Origin: Chitinispirillum sp.
GTDB taxonomy: Bacteria; Fibrobacterota; Chitinivibrionia; Chitinivibrionales; Chitinispirillaceae
Length of the DNA stretch: 64,000 nt
Assembly (NCBI GenBank): GCA_007115975.1
Contig: SKJJ01000134.1
Location: 52,249 to 116,248, forward strand
Reading direction: 5' to 3'
Below are positions 19,896 through 31,205 of the stretch, in pieces. The translations under genes were made by a program, and so were the position numbers. Each line of letters starts with the position of its first letter. Position 1 is the stretch's first letter. The notes under the pieces are model-generated. The model did no database searches. It was not told the DNA's origin and saw nothing but the letters and a program-made list of their open reading frames with translations.

Positions 19896-22475
19896 ATGGA
19901 TATGGAAAAACTTACCCAAAAGTCACAGCAGGCTCTCAGCAGTGCTCACCAGATTGCAGTGCAACTCAATCATCAGCAACTGCTGCCGATACACCTGCTC
20001 ACTGCCCTTATACAGCAAAAAGACGGGTTGATTCCATCCGTGCTTCAGAAACTCTCGGTTGCTACCACCGCCGCAGAAAAGTGCGCCTATGAAATTCTGG
20101 AAAAGCACCCCTCGGTGAGCGGTGAAGGGGTCCAGATCTATTCATCCCGGGCCCTTACTGCACTGTTCACCGAGAGCGGACGTCTCGCTGGCAGGATGAA
20201 AGATGAATATATCAGTGTCGAACACCTTTTTGTCTCAGCCATAGACAAAGATACAGAGTGCAGACTCTGGGCTTCAAAACTAACCATTACCGTTGCAGGT
20301 ACTCTTGAGGTACTCCAGTCACTCCGCGGTTCACAACGAGTCACCTCCCAGGATCCCGAAGCCACGTTCGGTGCTCTTGAAAAGTACGCACGAAACCTTA
20401 CCGATCTGGCTGCAAAGGGGAAACTCGACCCTGTTATCGGACGAGATGATGAGATACGGAGGGTGGTACAAATCCTCTCACGACGCACAAAAAACAACCC
20501 AGTCCTCATCGGCGATCCGGGTGTGGGTAAAACAGCAATCGCGGAAGGGCTTGCTATACGAATAATAAAGGGTGATGTACCCGAGGGGCTTAAAAACAGA
20601 CAACTGGTCTCTCTTGATATGGGAGCACTTGTTGCCGGGGCCAAATTCAGGGGTGAATTTGAAGAGCGTCTTAAGGCGGTCCTTAAAGAGGTGGCAGAGA
20701 GCGGCAGCACCATCCTCTTTATCGATGAACTCCATACGGTTGTTGGTGCCGGCGCCGCAGAAGGAGCAATGGATGCGGGCAATATGCTTAAACCGATGCT
20801 TGCACGCGGGGAACTTCACGCAATTGGTGCGACCACACTGGATGAATACCGCCAACATATCGAGAAGGATAAGGCTCTTGAGCGCAGATTCCAGACGGTT
20901 CTAATTGATGAGCCCTCGGTTGAGGATACCATCTCTATTCTTAGGGGGTTAAGGGAGCGGTATGAAATTCATCACGGAATAAAAATCAGGGATGCGGCGC
21001 TGGTATCGGCTGCGGTGCTTTCGGACCGGTATATCACCGAGAGATTCCTTCCCGATAAGGCAATCGATTTGATTGATGAGGCTGCAGCAAAGCTTCGCAC
21101 CGAAATCGACAGCAGTCCCGTTGAGCTTGATGAAACGATGCGAAGGCAGATGCAGCTTGAAATTGAGATCGAGGGGCTTAAAAAAGAGAAGGACCGCTCT
21201 TCAAAGGAGAAAACAGCAAAGCTTACAACCCAGCTTGCTGACGTAAAAGACATTGTAAAGGAGCTCAAAAGCAGATGGGAAGCAGAAAAATCACAGGTGG
21301 AAAAACTGCAGGGTCTGCGTGAGCAGCTTGAGCAGATGAGGTTTGAGCTTGAACGGGCAGAGCGGGATTATGACCTCACAAAGGCAGCACAGCTTCGCCA
21401 TGGTAAAATCCCTGAACTCGAAAACGCCCTTCACGATGCGGAGAGTTCCATAAAGGAGAGGGATCACGACAACAGACTTCTAAAGGAGGAGGTTACCGAA
21501 GACGATATTGCAGAAATCATCAGCCGCTGGACTCACATACCGGTGAGCAAACTGGTACAGGGGGAACGGGAAAAGCTGTTGCACCTCTCCCAACACCTTC
21601 ACAAAAGAGTGGTCGGACAACAGCGGGCAGTGGATGCGGTATCAGATGCAGTAGTGCGGGCAAGAGCCGGACTCAAGGATCCAAACAGGCCCATTGGAAG
21701 CTTTATCTTTCTTGGACCAACCGGAGTGGGAAAAACTGAGCTTGCACGTTCCCTTGCCTATAATCTCTTTGATGATGAGCGGGCAATGGTGCGAATAGAC
21801 ATGTCGGAGTATATGGAGAAGTTTGCAGTGTCCCGTTTGGTGGGGGCTCCCCCGGGATATGTAGGCTACGAAGAGGGAGGACAGCTTACCGAGGCGGTAA
21901 GGCGAAAACCATACTCCGTTATCCTGTTTGACGAAATAGAAAAAGCTCATCAGGACGTCTTTAATATACTGCTGCAGATCCTGGATGAAGGAAGGATTAC
22001 AGACAGTCAGGGGCGTGTGGTCAATTTTAAAAATACCATCATTATCATGACATCCAATATCGGCTCACAGCTCATCTCAACAAGTGCTCAGCAGGAGTAC
22101 GAAACGATGAAGGACTCGGTCATGGATGATCTGAGAAAATTATTCAGACCTGAATTTTTAAACCGTCTGGATGAAATCGTGGTATTTCACTCTTTAACAA
22201 AACAGCACATAAGAGCTATTGTATCGATTCAGATTGAGCAGCTGATTGCAAGGCTTAACAGTCTCAATATCAATTTCAAAATCGAAGAGAGTGCTAAAGA
22301 TATCATTGCGCACAAAGGGTATGATCCGGTCTATGGTGCACGACCACTCAAGCGGGTTATACAACGTGAAATTGAAATACCGATATCAAAGATGATAATT
22401 GCCGGAGATATTGCAGAGGATCAGACTATTGCCGTCGGGGGCAGTGGTAAACAACTTGAATTCAACGTAAACTAA
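19896..22475 (+). CDS. clpB: ATP-dependent chaperone ClpB
   Basis: Two AAA+ modules ([13 protein letters not shown] and [15 protein letters not shown]) with a long coiled-coil middle domain between them. Start placed at the ATG at 19896 after AAGGAG; the ORF-track start at 19707 has no RBS. Confidence 0.9.
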   Translation: MDMEKLTQKSQQALSSAHQIAVQLNHQQLLPIHLLTALIQQKDGLIPSVLQKLSVATTAAEKCAYEILEKHPSVSGEGVQIYSSRALTALFTESGRLAGRMKDEYISVEHLFVSAIDKDTECRLWASKLTITVAGTLEVLQSLRGSQRVTSQDPEATFGALEKYARNLTDLAAKGKLDPVIGRDDEIRRVVQILSRRTKNNPVLIGDPGVGKTAIAEGLAIRIIKGDVPEGLKNRQLVSLDMGALVAGAKFRGEFEERLKAVLKEVAESGSTILFIDELHTVVGAGAAEGAMDAGNMLKPMLARGELHAIGATTLDEYRQHIEKDKALERRFQTVLIDEPSVEDTISILRGLRERYEIHHGIKIRDAALVSAAVLSDRYITERFLPDKAIDLIDEAAAKLRTEIDSSPVELDETMRRQMQLEIEIEGLKKEKDRSSKEKTAKLTTQLADVKDIVKELKSRWEAEKSQVEKLQGLREQLEQMRFELERAERDYDLTKAAQLRHGKIPELENALHDAESSIKERDHDNRLLKEEVTEDDIAEIISRWTHIPVSKLVQGEREKLLHLSQHLHKRVVGQQRAVDAVSDAVVRARAGLKDPNRPIGSFIFLGPTGVGKTELARSLAYNLFDDERAMVRIDMSEYMEKFAVSRLVGAPPGYVGYEEGGQLTEAVRRKPYSVILFDEIEKAHQDVFNILLQILDEGRITDSQGRVVNFKNTIIIMTSNIGSQLISTSAQQEYETMKDSVMDDLRKLFRPEFLNRLDEIVVFHSLTKQHIRAIVSIQIEQLIARLNSLNINFKIEESAKDIIAHKGYDPVYGARPLKRVIQREIEIPISKMIIAGDIAEDQTIAVGGSGKQLEFNVN

Positions 22476-22678
22476 ACCACCGATTTACAATAACAACAGG
22501 ACCTTGAAACTGTAACCGGGAAGATCCCTGATGTAAGGTCTTTACACCAAAGCCTATTGGGGGTCACCTGCCGGAGAACTACAAAACGGTGATAAGGAGA
22601 AAAGAGAATTCTTTGTGTAAAAAAGACGTACGGTTTAAGTTGAAAATATGTTGAGGCTGCCCCTGCTTACTGTTCTGC

Positions 22679-25363
22679 CTAATCCTGTATGACAATTTTT
22701 CTGTTTATCACTTTTTCGCCATCCCAGAGACGGACCAGATAGACCCCATTTGCTCTAAGATCTATAAAACTGTTTTTAAATGACCCATTTTTATTTAAAA
22801 CCCGTTTACCCTGCAGGGAAAACACCTCTACCTGAGCAGATGAAGTCGCAGCAGTAACCACAAAACCACCCCTTACAGCTTTAACAGCCGGACCGCTTAC
22901 CAACCTTTTTGTAACAGGCAGTGATGCCGTTGTTTGTGATATGGCCACTGCAATTTTATCCAGATTAAAACCACCCTCTTCAATATTTATGCGCCAGATC
23001 TGCTCTCCGGCATGTAATGTTACACGTTCTGTAAATGTTGTAAACCGACTCCAGTCTTCAGTTTGAGGTACCTCCACACTGCTAAGCAGTGGTTCTCCAT
23101 CGACATCGATCCCTATCAAACCTCCACCGTTTAAGGATGATGCATGGAACTCAATCTCATACTTCTCTGTTTCAGTGACATCCACCGTGTACTCGAGCCA
23201 CTCCCCTGCCCTGGTCCACCCTACAACATACCCACTATCCGGGTGCAGATCTATATCAACACCTTCATTTACTCTGAAATCAACATTGTTATTTACAAAA
23301 CCAATGTTTTGCGAATCAGAATCATGATAACTGACCCCTTCCCCTCCTACATCATACTCCTGAGCTTGAATGATACCTGGCAGTACTCTTACCCCACTGA
23401 ATGGGCCCTTCACCACCTGGCCCCAAACTTCTGTATTGATAATACTAAACCAGCTATTTTCATCTGAATTCTGAGCGGTCATACTAAACCGTATATATCG
23501 ACCAGTGTCGGGTTGGACAACGATTGTATGAAGACCAATGTTGGGTGAAAGAGTCCCTTTCCACAATTCTGAAAATGAAGCCGTGTCCTCTGCGATTTCA
23601 ATCATCAGAGGATAGCTCCTTGTCTCTCCGTTGTTTAGTTGTACTCTTATGGCATTGATAATTTCTGACCGGCCGATATCGAAATAGATCCAGTTGTTTT
23701 CTGCAGTGTTGTCGTTTGCCCATCTTGTCTGCAGGTTACCATCAAAAGAGTATCCCTTGAGATGCTCTTCATTCTGTTCTGCAGAAGCATCCGCCCATAC
23801 AATTTCAAACTTTTGTAATCCTGAAGGCATCTGCTGAGTGAAAAAAGCGCTCAGAGACTGGTTGGTGCTCATCGTGACAGAGATGGGGTTTGCGGTATCG
23901 TTCACCGCTCCTCTCCAGCCGGTAAAGACCCATTGTACATCTGGTGTCGCAGTAAGTTCTACTGTTGTGCCAACAGTATATCCTGGTTGCTCGGGAGAGA
24001 TTGCAAGCCTACCCTGCCCTTTTATATCAGTAGTAAGGTAAACGGAATCCCTGAAAATTGATTTTCGGAAGTTTGCAACAATCGGAGCGGTTTCATCTAT
24101 CCGCCGTGCGTTATCAGCTGCCCACTGATGAGGGGGATTAATCCCCAGGGGTGCAGATTGATAAGTAATACGTGGATTTGAAAACCGTGGAATTCTTGTG
24201 CAGCTTCCTCCTATTCCAAATGACTCACATGAGTTGTAAGCCATAACTGTACGGAAGGTATTTCCAGAGCTACCCTTTAAGAGATGTCCATAGTAATAAC
24301 GATCATCGCTTATCATATTATCTCTATCCTGATCAATCAACGACTGACGACAATGGTGAGCTCCGAGGTTGTGGCCGGCCTCATGGACAAAAGTATAAAT
24401 ACTTCGAATATTGGAGAGCCGACTGGTGCTGTACGCTGCATTATCACGACCACTGTATACATTTCCTGATCCCGCCGAACCATTAAAATTCCAGTGCGCA
24501 ACCAGATCTGCACCGTATTTGTTACGCAGTGCCAAAATCCCCTCTGCACTGCGCACATCATTACTTGCACTGGTAGCGTCTTGCGGTATTGCATTAAAAA
24601 CCTGGTGATGTACAAGCCTGAAACGCAGATTCATTCTGCTGTTCTGAAATATGGTGTTGGCCTCTTCTATGCGAAAGTTAACTTCTGCATCTGTGGCAGA
24701 GGCTCCCCCCAGTGCGTTGACAACGGAAGTCGGATATACGATAAGTATATCTATTACTGGATGGCTCTCATCCCTTGCAATCTCCAGGTTTAAATCAACA
24801 TCATGCATCTCTTCGATCAGGTCATTGTGGGAATCATTGGAGTGGCATCTACTGCACTCGCACCCTTCACCACCTCTCTCATCGGGAATTAAATCTGTAT
24901 CCACTTCATCTATACGCACCATGGAATTACCTTGAAAGGTGATATTGTACGACTTGCTATCGGTATATAGATTTCCCGCTAAAAGCTCTCCGAAAAAAAA
25001 CAGATGGACATACCCTGATGCACCCTCTATAAAATGACCAATCCATGATGACTGTGAAGGCTCCATCGACCGGTCCCTTACAGCAACCATGCCTACATCG
25101 TTAAAAAGATCAAACATAAGAGTGTCCGAACTGAATGCCACCTGATCGGGGGAACTCCGTGGTATCTCCACAAATCCCGATCTTATGACATACTCCCCCT
25201 CCACTATCTCAGACTCATCCTGCGCAAACGCACGTTCAGACCGACTCATAAAGAGCGTCTGTGAGATAGCTGCGGTTTGAACCAGAAGAATAAAGCAGCA
25301 CAACAGCTTCAGAATTTTCATTGTAAACAGCTCCTGATTATGTTGAACACATTTTTCTTGCAT
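22679..25363 (-). CDS. Secreted multidomain metzincin metalloprotease (HExxHxxGxxH) + InlB-B-repeat-like + F5/8 type C (discoidin) + CBM6/35-like + Por/T9SS sorting tail
   Basis: Signal peptide. HEAGHNLGAHH zincin/metzincin motif. TGWRGAVNDTANPISV repeat. YSFDGNLQTRWANDN discoidin-like motif. C-terminal ...NGVYLVRLWDGEKVINRKIVIQD tail. Confidence 0.7.
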   Translation of the reverse strand: MQEKCVQHNQELFTMKILKLLCCFILLVQTAAISQTLFMSRSERAFAQDESEIVEGEYVIRSGFVEIPRSSPDQVAFSSDTLMFDLFNDVGMVAVRDRSMEPSQSSWIGHFIEGASGYVHLFFFGELLAGNLYTDSKSYNITFQGNSMVRIDEVDTDLIPDERGGEGCECSRCHSNDSHNDLIEEMHDVDLNLEIARDESHPVIDILIVYPTSVVNALGGASATDAEVNFRIEEANTIFQNSRMNLRFRLVHHQVFNAIPQDATSASNDVRSAEGILALRNKYGADLVAHWNFNGSAGSGNVYSGRDNAAYSTSRLSNIRSIYTFVHEAGHNLGAHHCRQSLIDQDRDNMISDDRYYYGHLLKGSSGNTFRTVMAYNSCESFGIGGSCTRIPRFSNPRITYQSAPLGINPPHQWAADNARRIDETAPIVANFRKSIFRDSVYLTTDIKGQGRLAISPEQPGYTVGTTVELTATPDVQWVFTGWRGAVNDTANPISVTMSTNQSLSAFFTQQMPSGLQKFEIVWADASAEQNEEHLKGYSFDGNLQTRWANDNTAENNWIYFDIGRSEIINAIRVQLNNGETRSYPLMIEIAEDTASFSELWKGTLSPNIGLHTIVVQPDTGRYIRFSMTAQNSDENSWFSIINTEVWGQVVKGPFSGVRVLPGIIQAQEYDVGGEGVSYHDSDSQNIGFVNNNVDFRVNEGVDIDLHPDSGYVVGWTRAGEWLEYTVDVTETEKYEIEFHASSLNGGGLIGIDVDGEPLLSSVEVPQTEDWSRFTTFTERVTLHAGEQIWRINIEEGGFNLDKIAVAISQTTASLPVTKRLVSGPAVKAVRGGFVVTAATSSAQVEVFSLQGKRVLNKNGSFKNSFIDLRANGVYLVRLWDGEKVINRKIVIQD

Positions 25364-25600
25364 TATGCAAACTAACTACAACACACTTCAAAGTAAACTG
25401 AATACTCCAAGAGCAGTAGCTGCCAAAAACTCCGTCTCCTTATTCTATACCTGAACATCCGGTAATTTGACAAGGAGAAAGAGCCCCCTTTTGTAAATCT
25501 ATAGTTGAGTTGTATCCGCAAGGTGTCTCTGGTTACCTAACGGTTTAAAGCAGGTAAAATGATGTACCTCTAAACAGTTCTTTTTCCGTTCAGGCTGGTG

Positions 25601-28336
25601 TTATCGTAGCAAGATCCTTTCAGTGATCCCATCAAATCTTACCAGAAACATCCCTTTTGAAAATGTTCTCAGATCTATCACCGCACCATAACCACTACCG
25701 ATCTTTGCTCCCAGCAGTGAATAGATACTCCAGTTTGCATCGCCACTCAGGTGCAGTACACGGCTATTTTCACGATAGGGAAGCATGTGCAATTGGGGTG
25801 TTTGTGACAACGCCGTTTTTTGTATACTGGTACCGGATTGCGCCCCCCACACCTGGATGTCAAAAATACTAAACCAGTTACTGCCGTCGGAGTTATTACC
25901 TGTCATGCTTAACCGCACATACCGTCCTTCGGCTTCAGTTACCAGAATTGTGTGTAATCCAATGGTTGGGTGAAGGTCTCCGTTCCACACCTCAGCAAAG
26001 CTATCGGCACTCTCTCCTACTTCAATTTTCAGCGGATATGCTCGGGTTTCTCCGACATTGAGCATAAGTCGCACAGCACTCACAATACCAGATTGTCCGA
26101 GATCATAAATGATCCAGTTGTTTTCAGAGGTATTATCATTTGCCCACCTTGTCAGGGTGTCCCCATCGAAGGAGTACTCTTTACGATGATCGTCATTCTG
26201 CTCTGCTGATGCCTGAGCTGAAATAATAGCCAACTGGTTTTTATCAGGCGCCATTTTCTGAGTGAAATAAGCCCTTATCTCACGATTGTTATCCATTGTA
26301 ACAGTGGCAGGATTGCTATTGCCGTTAAGGTCTCCCCGCCATCCACTGAATACCATTCCCTCCTCGGGTATAGCGGTAAGAGTCACCTTAGCAGCCGGTT
26401 CATAGCTTGCCTTCTGAGGAGATCTTGTTACAGAGCCACTGCCATGGACAGAAAGAGCAATGGTATAGGGTGATTGCTGAATATTATCCATCACTTTTAC
26501 AATTTCATCAGCGGCCTTTTTTCTGCTGTAAACCCTCAGTTCATCTATGCTGCCATTGAAACCACCATTATTCATAGCGAAATTTTTTCCGATGATCAGA
26601 GGCCCCTTTACCTTTCCAAAATAGAGCTTTGCAGACACACTGCTATCCTCTTTACCGTTAATATAAAAACGGATCTTCTCTTCCAAATTGTCATAGGTAA
26701 CCGCAACATGATTCCAAACACCTGCAGGTAAAGAGGAGCTGCTTGTCCATGTCCCTCTTCCCGACCCGTTTACAACCGCACCTGCATTTGCCCGAAAAAC
26801 AACCTGCCTGTTACCATTGAGTGACAAAGCAAAGGTCATATCGGTTTTCCCTTTGGTCACAATGCCACCGTGAGACTGCTGATCAAACTTCACCCAGGCC
26901 ATAACAGAAAGTTCTGCCATATTACCCATTGGAGCCCATTTACTGTGATCTACTTCTATGTAGGAGTCCTGTCCGTCGAACATAACCGCACCGCCACTTT
27001 TCCCCCCGGTGCGCTGCACTCCATTTACAAAACGTCCCTGGTCAAAATTTCCACTGCTGTCAGCGACCCTGCCCTGAATATTTTCATCAAAACTAAAATG
27101 AGCATCCAGTGCTTTTGCCGTTTTCATTCGCCACGGCATTGCAGGGTCACCAAAAAGATTGAACGCATAGATAGTCCATCTGGTCCAGTAATTGGAAAAA
27201 TCTTTATGACCATTTCTTGTAATTTGCAGCCTCCGGCTGTGATTAAGAATCTCTCCCAATCTGCTTTTGTCTGCTCTGAAATAGGAAAAATAGAGAAGAT
27301 AGTTTAGCTGGACAATATAGGGCGGCATTCCCAAATGAGAGTTGAGCATTGCGGCAACCGCACCGCGGGATCTGCTGTGAACCAGTAACCGTTCAGAAAA
27401 ATTGTCATCTCTTGTAAAAATACCTGAGTGACAGGAGATTGAGGTGTAGAAAAAATAGCGGTCATTGTTGGAGAGCGTATCAAGGTGCCTGGGCCAGAGC
27501 CTGCAGCTCATATTCCAGAAACCATGCCCACCACCTAGAAAATAGCCATAGTTTCCTGATGACATTCTGCTAACCACCTCCGGATGAACTTCAATGTGAG
27601 GTTTATACTCAATCATATTTTCTTTTGCCTCAAAGAGATGCCTGGTGTCGGAGTGGGTCTTTGAAAACCGGCCAACATCAGGGTTCGTCCACAGCAGTCC
27701 CTTTGTATGATAGGAGGCGTTGGGGGGAGAATTTTCGTAGGTAATAACCTTGTAAACAAAATTGGCAATTTGCTGGGCATTTCTCGCAGGGATACGGCCT
27801 ACATACACATCCGCAAATTGAGCCGGTTGGTCACCGGGGTATTCCCCCCACCGGTTATTGCCATTGGCGTTGAAATCCCCCTGAAGAGCTGCGTAGTAGA
27901 AATCAGATTGGATATAAATAGTATCACGCATGAAAAATGATCTGACCGGCACAATAGTGGGCTTTCCAGCAATCAGAAAATATTCTGCACCCCACTTGTT
28001 GTTGGCATCCTTTATGAAATTGCGTATTTTCTCCTGGTTATCACGGCCATTGTAAGCGGAGTAAATTTGGGAGGTAGTGATGATAACGGACGGCATGGAA
28101 TTGGACGTACGGTGTTTTACAAGATCATGAAGGGTATAATCTGTGGCGGCACTCTTTATCGCTTCGGAGGTAATAATGACATGTTTATAGGAGTCACTTG
28201 AATGCACAAAAGATTGTGCTGAAAAATTAATAGACAAGACTAGCAGAACTATTCCTATGGTCCATCTCATAGCTGTTACTCCCCCAATATTGGTAATTTT
28301 CATGTTCACTATACCCCTTCCACTATTGTTCCCCAT
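25601..28336 (-). CDS. Secreted multidomain clan-CD cysteine peptidase (gingipain C25-like) + LamG/ConA-like + InlB-B-repeat-like + discoidin + Por/T9SS sorting tail
   Basis: Signal peptide. A His-Gly ... Cys dyad context (FLGGGHGFW ... SISCHSGIF) and DVYVGRIPA, as in gingipain-like peptidases. A LamG-like block (LRVYSRKKAADEI). YSFDGDTLTRWANDN discoidin motif. Tail ...GMFLVRFDGITERILLR. Confidence 0.6.
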   Translation of the reverse strand: MGNNSGRGIVNMKITNIGGVTAMRWTIGIVLLVLSINFSAQSFVHSSDSYKHVIITSEAIKSAATDYTLHDLVKHRTSNSMPSVIITTSQIYSAYNGRDNQEKIRNFIKDANNKWGAEYFLIAGKPTIVPVRSFFMRDTIYIQSDFYYAALQGDFNANGNNRWGEYPGDQPAQFADVYVGRIPARNAQQIANFVYKVITYENSPPNASYHTKGLLWTNPDVGRFSKTHSDTRHLFEAKENMIEYKPHIEVHPEVVSRMSSGNYGYFLGGGHGFWNMSCRLWPRHLDTLSNNDRYFFYTSISCHSGIFTRDDNFSERLLVHSRSRGAVAAMLNSHLGMPPYIVQLNYLLYFSYFRADKSRLGEILNHSRRLQITRNGHKDFSNYWTRWTIYAFNLFGDPAMPWRMKTAKALDAHFSFDENIQGRVADSSGNFDQGRFVNGVQRTGGKSGGAVMFDGQDSYIEVDHSKWAPMGNMAELSVMAWVKFDQQSHGGIVTKGKTDMTFALSLNGNRQVVFRANAGAVVNGSGRGTWTSSSSLPAGVWNHVAVTYDNLEEKIRFYINGKEDSSVSAKLYFGKVKGPLIIGKNFAMNNGGFNGSIDELRVYSRKKAADEIVKVMDNIQQSPYTIALSVHGSGSVTRSPQKASYEPAAKVTLTAIPEEGMVFSGWRGDLNGNSNPATVTMDNNREIRAYFTQKMAPDKNQLAIISAQASAEQNDDHRKEYSFDGDTLTRWANDNTSENNWIIYDLGQSGIVSAVRLMLNVGETRAYPLKIEVGESADSFAEVWNGDLHPTIGLHTILVTEAEGRYVRLSMTGNNSDGSNWFSIFDIQVWGAQSGTSIQKTALSQTPQLHMLPYRENSRVLHLSGDANWSIYSLLGAKIGSGYGAVIDLRTFSKGMFLVRFDGITERILLR

Positions 28337-28617
28337 AAGATTCTGCCCCTGTTTATGCAGCTTTAGCCCCGTATCGTGATGTATACCGCCATCAAACCGC
28401 CGGCTTTTAAACGCTTAACCTTGCGTCTGAGCCACTATCGCAACATCGGGTCACCAACACCATACCCCCATTTTTTGCTATATATATAATAAGGCAAAAA
28501 TTACAACTCAGAGGCCATTTTTAAGGCTTGGCGGCTTGCATTGTTTTAATAGTCCTCAGGAAATCCAGTAGCGTCTTCTTTGATCCCGCGGCACAACCCC
28601 CGCTAAACAGCAGCCCA

Positions 28618-29145
28618 CTAAAAGGGCAACTGCCCCTTCTCTTCCTCTGAATCGCTTCTGCTGGTGATTGCAGTCAGAGCAAGCCCTATTGCCTGACGTG
28701 GGTCTGAGGCCTCCTTGAAAAACCGGGTATCAACTTCTGCCAGTTTCCTCAAATCCCATGCGCCGGGCATGATTATAACCGTCTTTTTGAGAGCCAGTGC
28801 AATGGCGATTTCACTGAGTGTACCGTACCCGCCGGGAAATGCAATGATTACATCAGAGGCGTGAACCACGAGAGCATTTCTGGCGATGTCCAACCCTGTG
28901 GGGATAGCAATTGTCACATAGGGATTTGCATCTGTTTTTTCGATCCCGGGAAGAATTCCTATAACTGTTCCCCCCTTATGGTTCGCGCCCTTACTTGCCG
29001 CTTCCATAATTCCGCCATTACCACCGCAAACAAGAACAGCCCCGCGGGCAGCGATGTGCTCTCCCAGTTCGAGCGCAAGATTTTGCTGATGAGGAGTTGT
29101 TTCATTGGCACCAATAACACCGATTGTAGGCTTTAAAGTTGACAT
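28618..29145 (-). CDS. LOG-family (TIGR00725/YvdD-like) Rossmann-fold nucleotide-binding protein
   Basis: VLVCGGNGGIMEAASKGA ... GGTVIGILP ... PGGYGTLSE motifs of the LOG family (lysine decarboxylase-like/cytokinin riboside 5'-monophosphate phosphoribohydrolase). Confidence 0.75.
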   Translation of the reverse strand: MSTLKPTIGVIGANETTPHQQNLALELGEHIAARGAVLVCGGNGGIMEAASKGANHKGGTVIGILPGIEKTDANPYVTIAIPTGLDIARNALVVHASDVIIAFPGGYGTLSEIAIALALKKTVIIMPGAWDLRKLAEVDTRFFKEASDPRQAIGLALTAITSRSDSEEEKGQLPF

Positions 29146-29278
29146 TCAATTTTCCTCTGTTAAATTTCTATTTTTGATAAAAAATATATTTTGTCAGTTA
29201 TCTGCGGGAATACGACCTAACACTAAAACAGAGATACCCCATAAGTGAACCCATGTATGAGAGTATGGGGGGTGCCCG

Positions 29279-30238
29279 TCAACGTCTCTTTTTTTTGAAA
29301 AGCACCGGCCGCATCGTTTCAACAACTGAGCTAAAAGAGGTATAGGACGAGATCGAATAGTACTGGTACCACCCGCAGTTTCTGATGCATTTTTTCATTG
29401 CTCCCCTGAGCTCTTGAGCCTGCTCTGTCTTCAACCAGGATGAGAGAGACCGCGCTTTAAGGTCCGCACCCTTACTGCCAAGGATGTGACAGGGATAGTA
29501 CAGACTGCCATCCGGAGCAATAATCACCGAAGCACTCGAACACTTGCCCTGTTTCCAGGCATCAAAAAACCCTTTTGGAGTATGGATGGTATTGGGGTAC
29601 TTTTTCCTCAGAGCCCCGACCTTGCTTTCGAGCTCATGCATATCGGGAAAGCAGTTCTGAGCGTTGTCCATCTGTGCTGCAGGGATCACCACGATATTGG
29701 AACCTGCCTGGCTGCACCGCTTTATCTTCTCTTCAAGCGAGTTTACGGTATCTGCTGTCACCACGGTCTGGACAGAAACCTGAAGCGGTAGTGATGCAAG
29801 GTACTCAAGCGATTCGAACAGTTCAAGATTGTCGTGCCCCTCATCTATCGACACGTGAAGAAAATCAATGAATTTGGCGTACCTTTGGAGCGGATATTCG
29901 GTGAGATTTTTTACACTGGTGGTAAAAAGAAGATAAAAATCACAGGTTCTGGCAAATTCAAGCAGCTCTTCTATGTCGGGCCGAAGCAGCGGCTCCCCCC
30001 CTTCAAAACTGGTCATAAGCACAGGAGAGTCGGAAAGATTTTGCAGGATCGTTTTAATCTCATCGGTAGAGAGATCCGCTGTTGGCTCTTTTTTAACATT
30101 GCAGAACGGGCATCCGAAATGACAGCGGGATGTGAGCTTGAATGATGCATAGAAGGGGAAGATATGTTCCCTGGCTATCGCATTGTGAAACAAGCCTCTG
30201 GCGGTGCGCAGATAGGCGCGCGGATGTAGCTTTCTCAA
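29279..30238 (-). CDS. Radical SAM enzyme with C-terminal Cys-rich SPASM/twitch-like extension
   Basis: CHFGCPFC (CxxxCxxC) near the N-terminus, GGEPLL glycine-rich motif, and C-terminal cysteines (C..C..CxxxC). A hairpin terminator follows at 29239-29278. Confidence 0.75.
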   Translation of the reverse strand: MRKLHPRAYLRTARGLFHNAIAREHIFPFYASFKLTSRCHFGCPFCNVKKEPTADLSTDEIKTILQNLSDSPVLMTSFEGGEPLLRPDIEELLEFARTCDFYLLFTTSVKNLTEYPLQRYAKFIDFLHVSIDEGHDNLELFESLEYLASLPLQVSVQTVVTADTVNSLEEKIKRCSQAGSNIVVIPAAQMDNAQNCFPDMHELESKVGALRKKYPNTIHTPKGFFDAWKQGKCSSASVIIAPDGSLYYPCHILGSKGADLKARSLSSWLKTEQAQELRGAMKKCIRNCGWYQYYSISSYTSFSSVVETMRPVLFKKKRR

Positions 30239-30467
30239 TCTGGAATATCCCTGTTTTAGTTATGATGCACCAGTCAATTAGTTCTCACTGAATTCCAACT
30301 TGTAGTACCTGAAAAATCACACCTTAAACCATAGCGTTCGCAGAAATCTGGAAAGTAGCGCAACGCTATTTTTGCCATAAACTACAGTACTCTTCAACGA
30401 CCATCTCCCTGTAACCCCGACGTTTTATCCTCGTTCCAAAATAGCCTAAAAGAATAACCGGTCACGC

Positions 30468-30941
30468 CTACTTCTTTATCTCAAGCTTTACAGTAACCAC
30501 CCCGTCATCAACCATATCAATTTTTTTTGCCGCACCAACGGACAAATCGATAATCCTGTTACCCACAAAAGGGCCCCGGTCATTAATCCGAACAGTAACA
30601 CTCTTATTGTTACTGAGATTAGTTACCCTGACCGTTGTATTGAACGGCAGCTCTTTATGAGCAGCGGTTAGTCTATTCATATTATAAATTTCGCCATTGG
30701 CGGTTTGTCGTCCGTGAAATTTCTTGCCGTAAAAGGATGCCTGCCCCTGCTGGTAGAAGGAGTACCTGCCAGGGCTTGACCTTTGTCCGGAAACTTCAAC
30801 TGCTGGCATTTGACTGGGAGTACTGATTGCAGCATCATTGGTAGCACAACTTACATATCGGGGTACTGGTGTACAGCTGCCAAGCAGTATGGCAACAAGT
30901 ACAAAGTGCAGTTTCGGTTGTCTGCTAATAGTTTTTTCCAT
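30468..30941 (-). CDS. RlpA-like lipoprotein (double-psi beta-barrel, septal ring lytic transglycosylase family)
   Basis: Lipobox LLGSCTP. DPBB motifs ASFYG...GR.TANGE ... [16 protein letters not shown]....[11 protein letters not shown]. Confidence 0.8.
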   Translation of the reverse strand: MEKTISRQPKLHFVLVAILLGSCTPVPRYVSCATNDAAISTPSQMPAVEVSGQRSSPGRYSFYQQGQASFYGKKFHGRQTANGEIYNMNRLTAAHKELPFNTTVRVTNLSNNKSVTVRINDRGPFVGNRIIDLSVGAAKKIDMVDDGVVTVKLEIKK

Positions 30942-31205
30942 CTTATCTTTTACGACTTTTTGGTTGCTGTTGCAATTATTGTCACCTACCGGGGTGCTTA
31001 AGTGATCCGCTCACACAGTGCAGGCCAATGGCGATTGTCCATACCGAAGACGCAAGCGCTCAGCGTGAGCGGATTCACGGTAGTGTGAAAATTCATCCGG
31101 TTCCGGTTGTATTGAGACCCCAACCCCCAGACGGTGATCCATCCGACCATACCTCTTTGTTGCAGCCCGAGCCCCGTCGGGTTGAGAAAAAACGATTGCA
31201 AACCC

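Noticed and set aside
29279-30238. Radical SAM protein as a prokaryotic viperin-like antiviral enzyme
   Set aside because: It has a C-terminal Cys-rich SPASM/twitch-like extension and no adjacent nucleotide kinase. Viperins lack the extra cluster domain.
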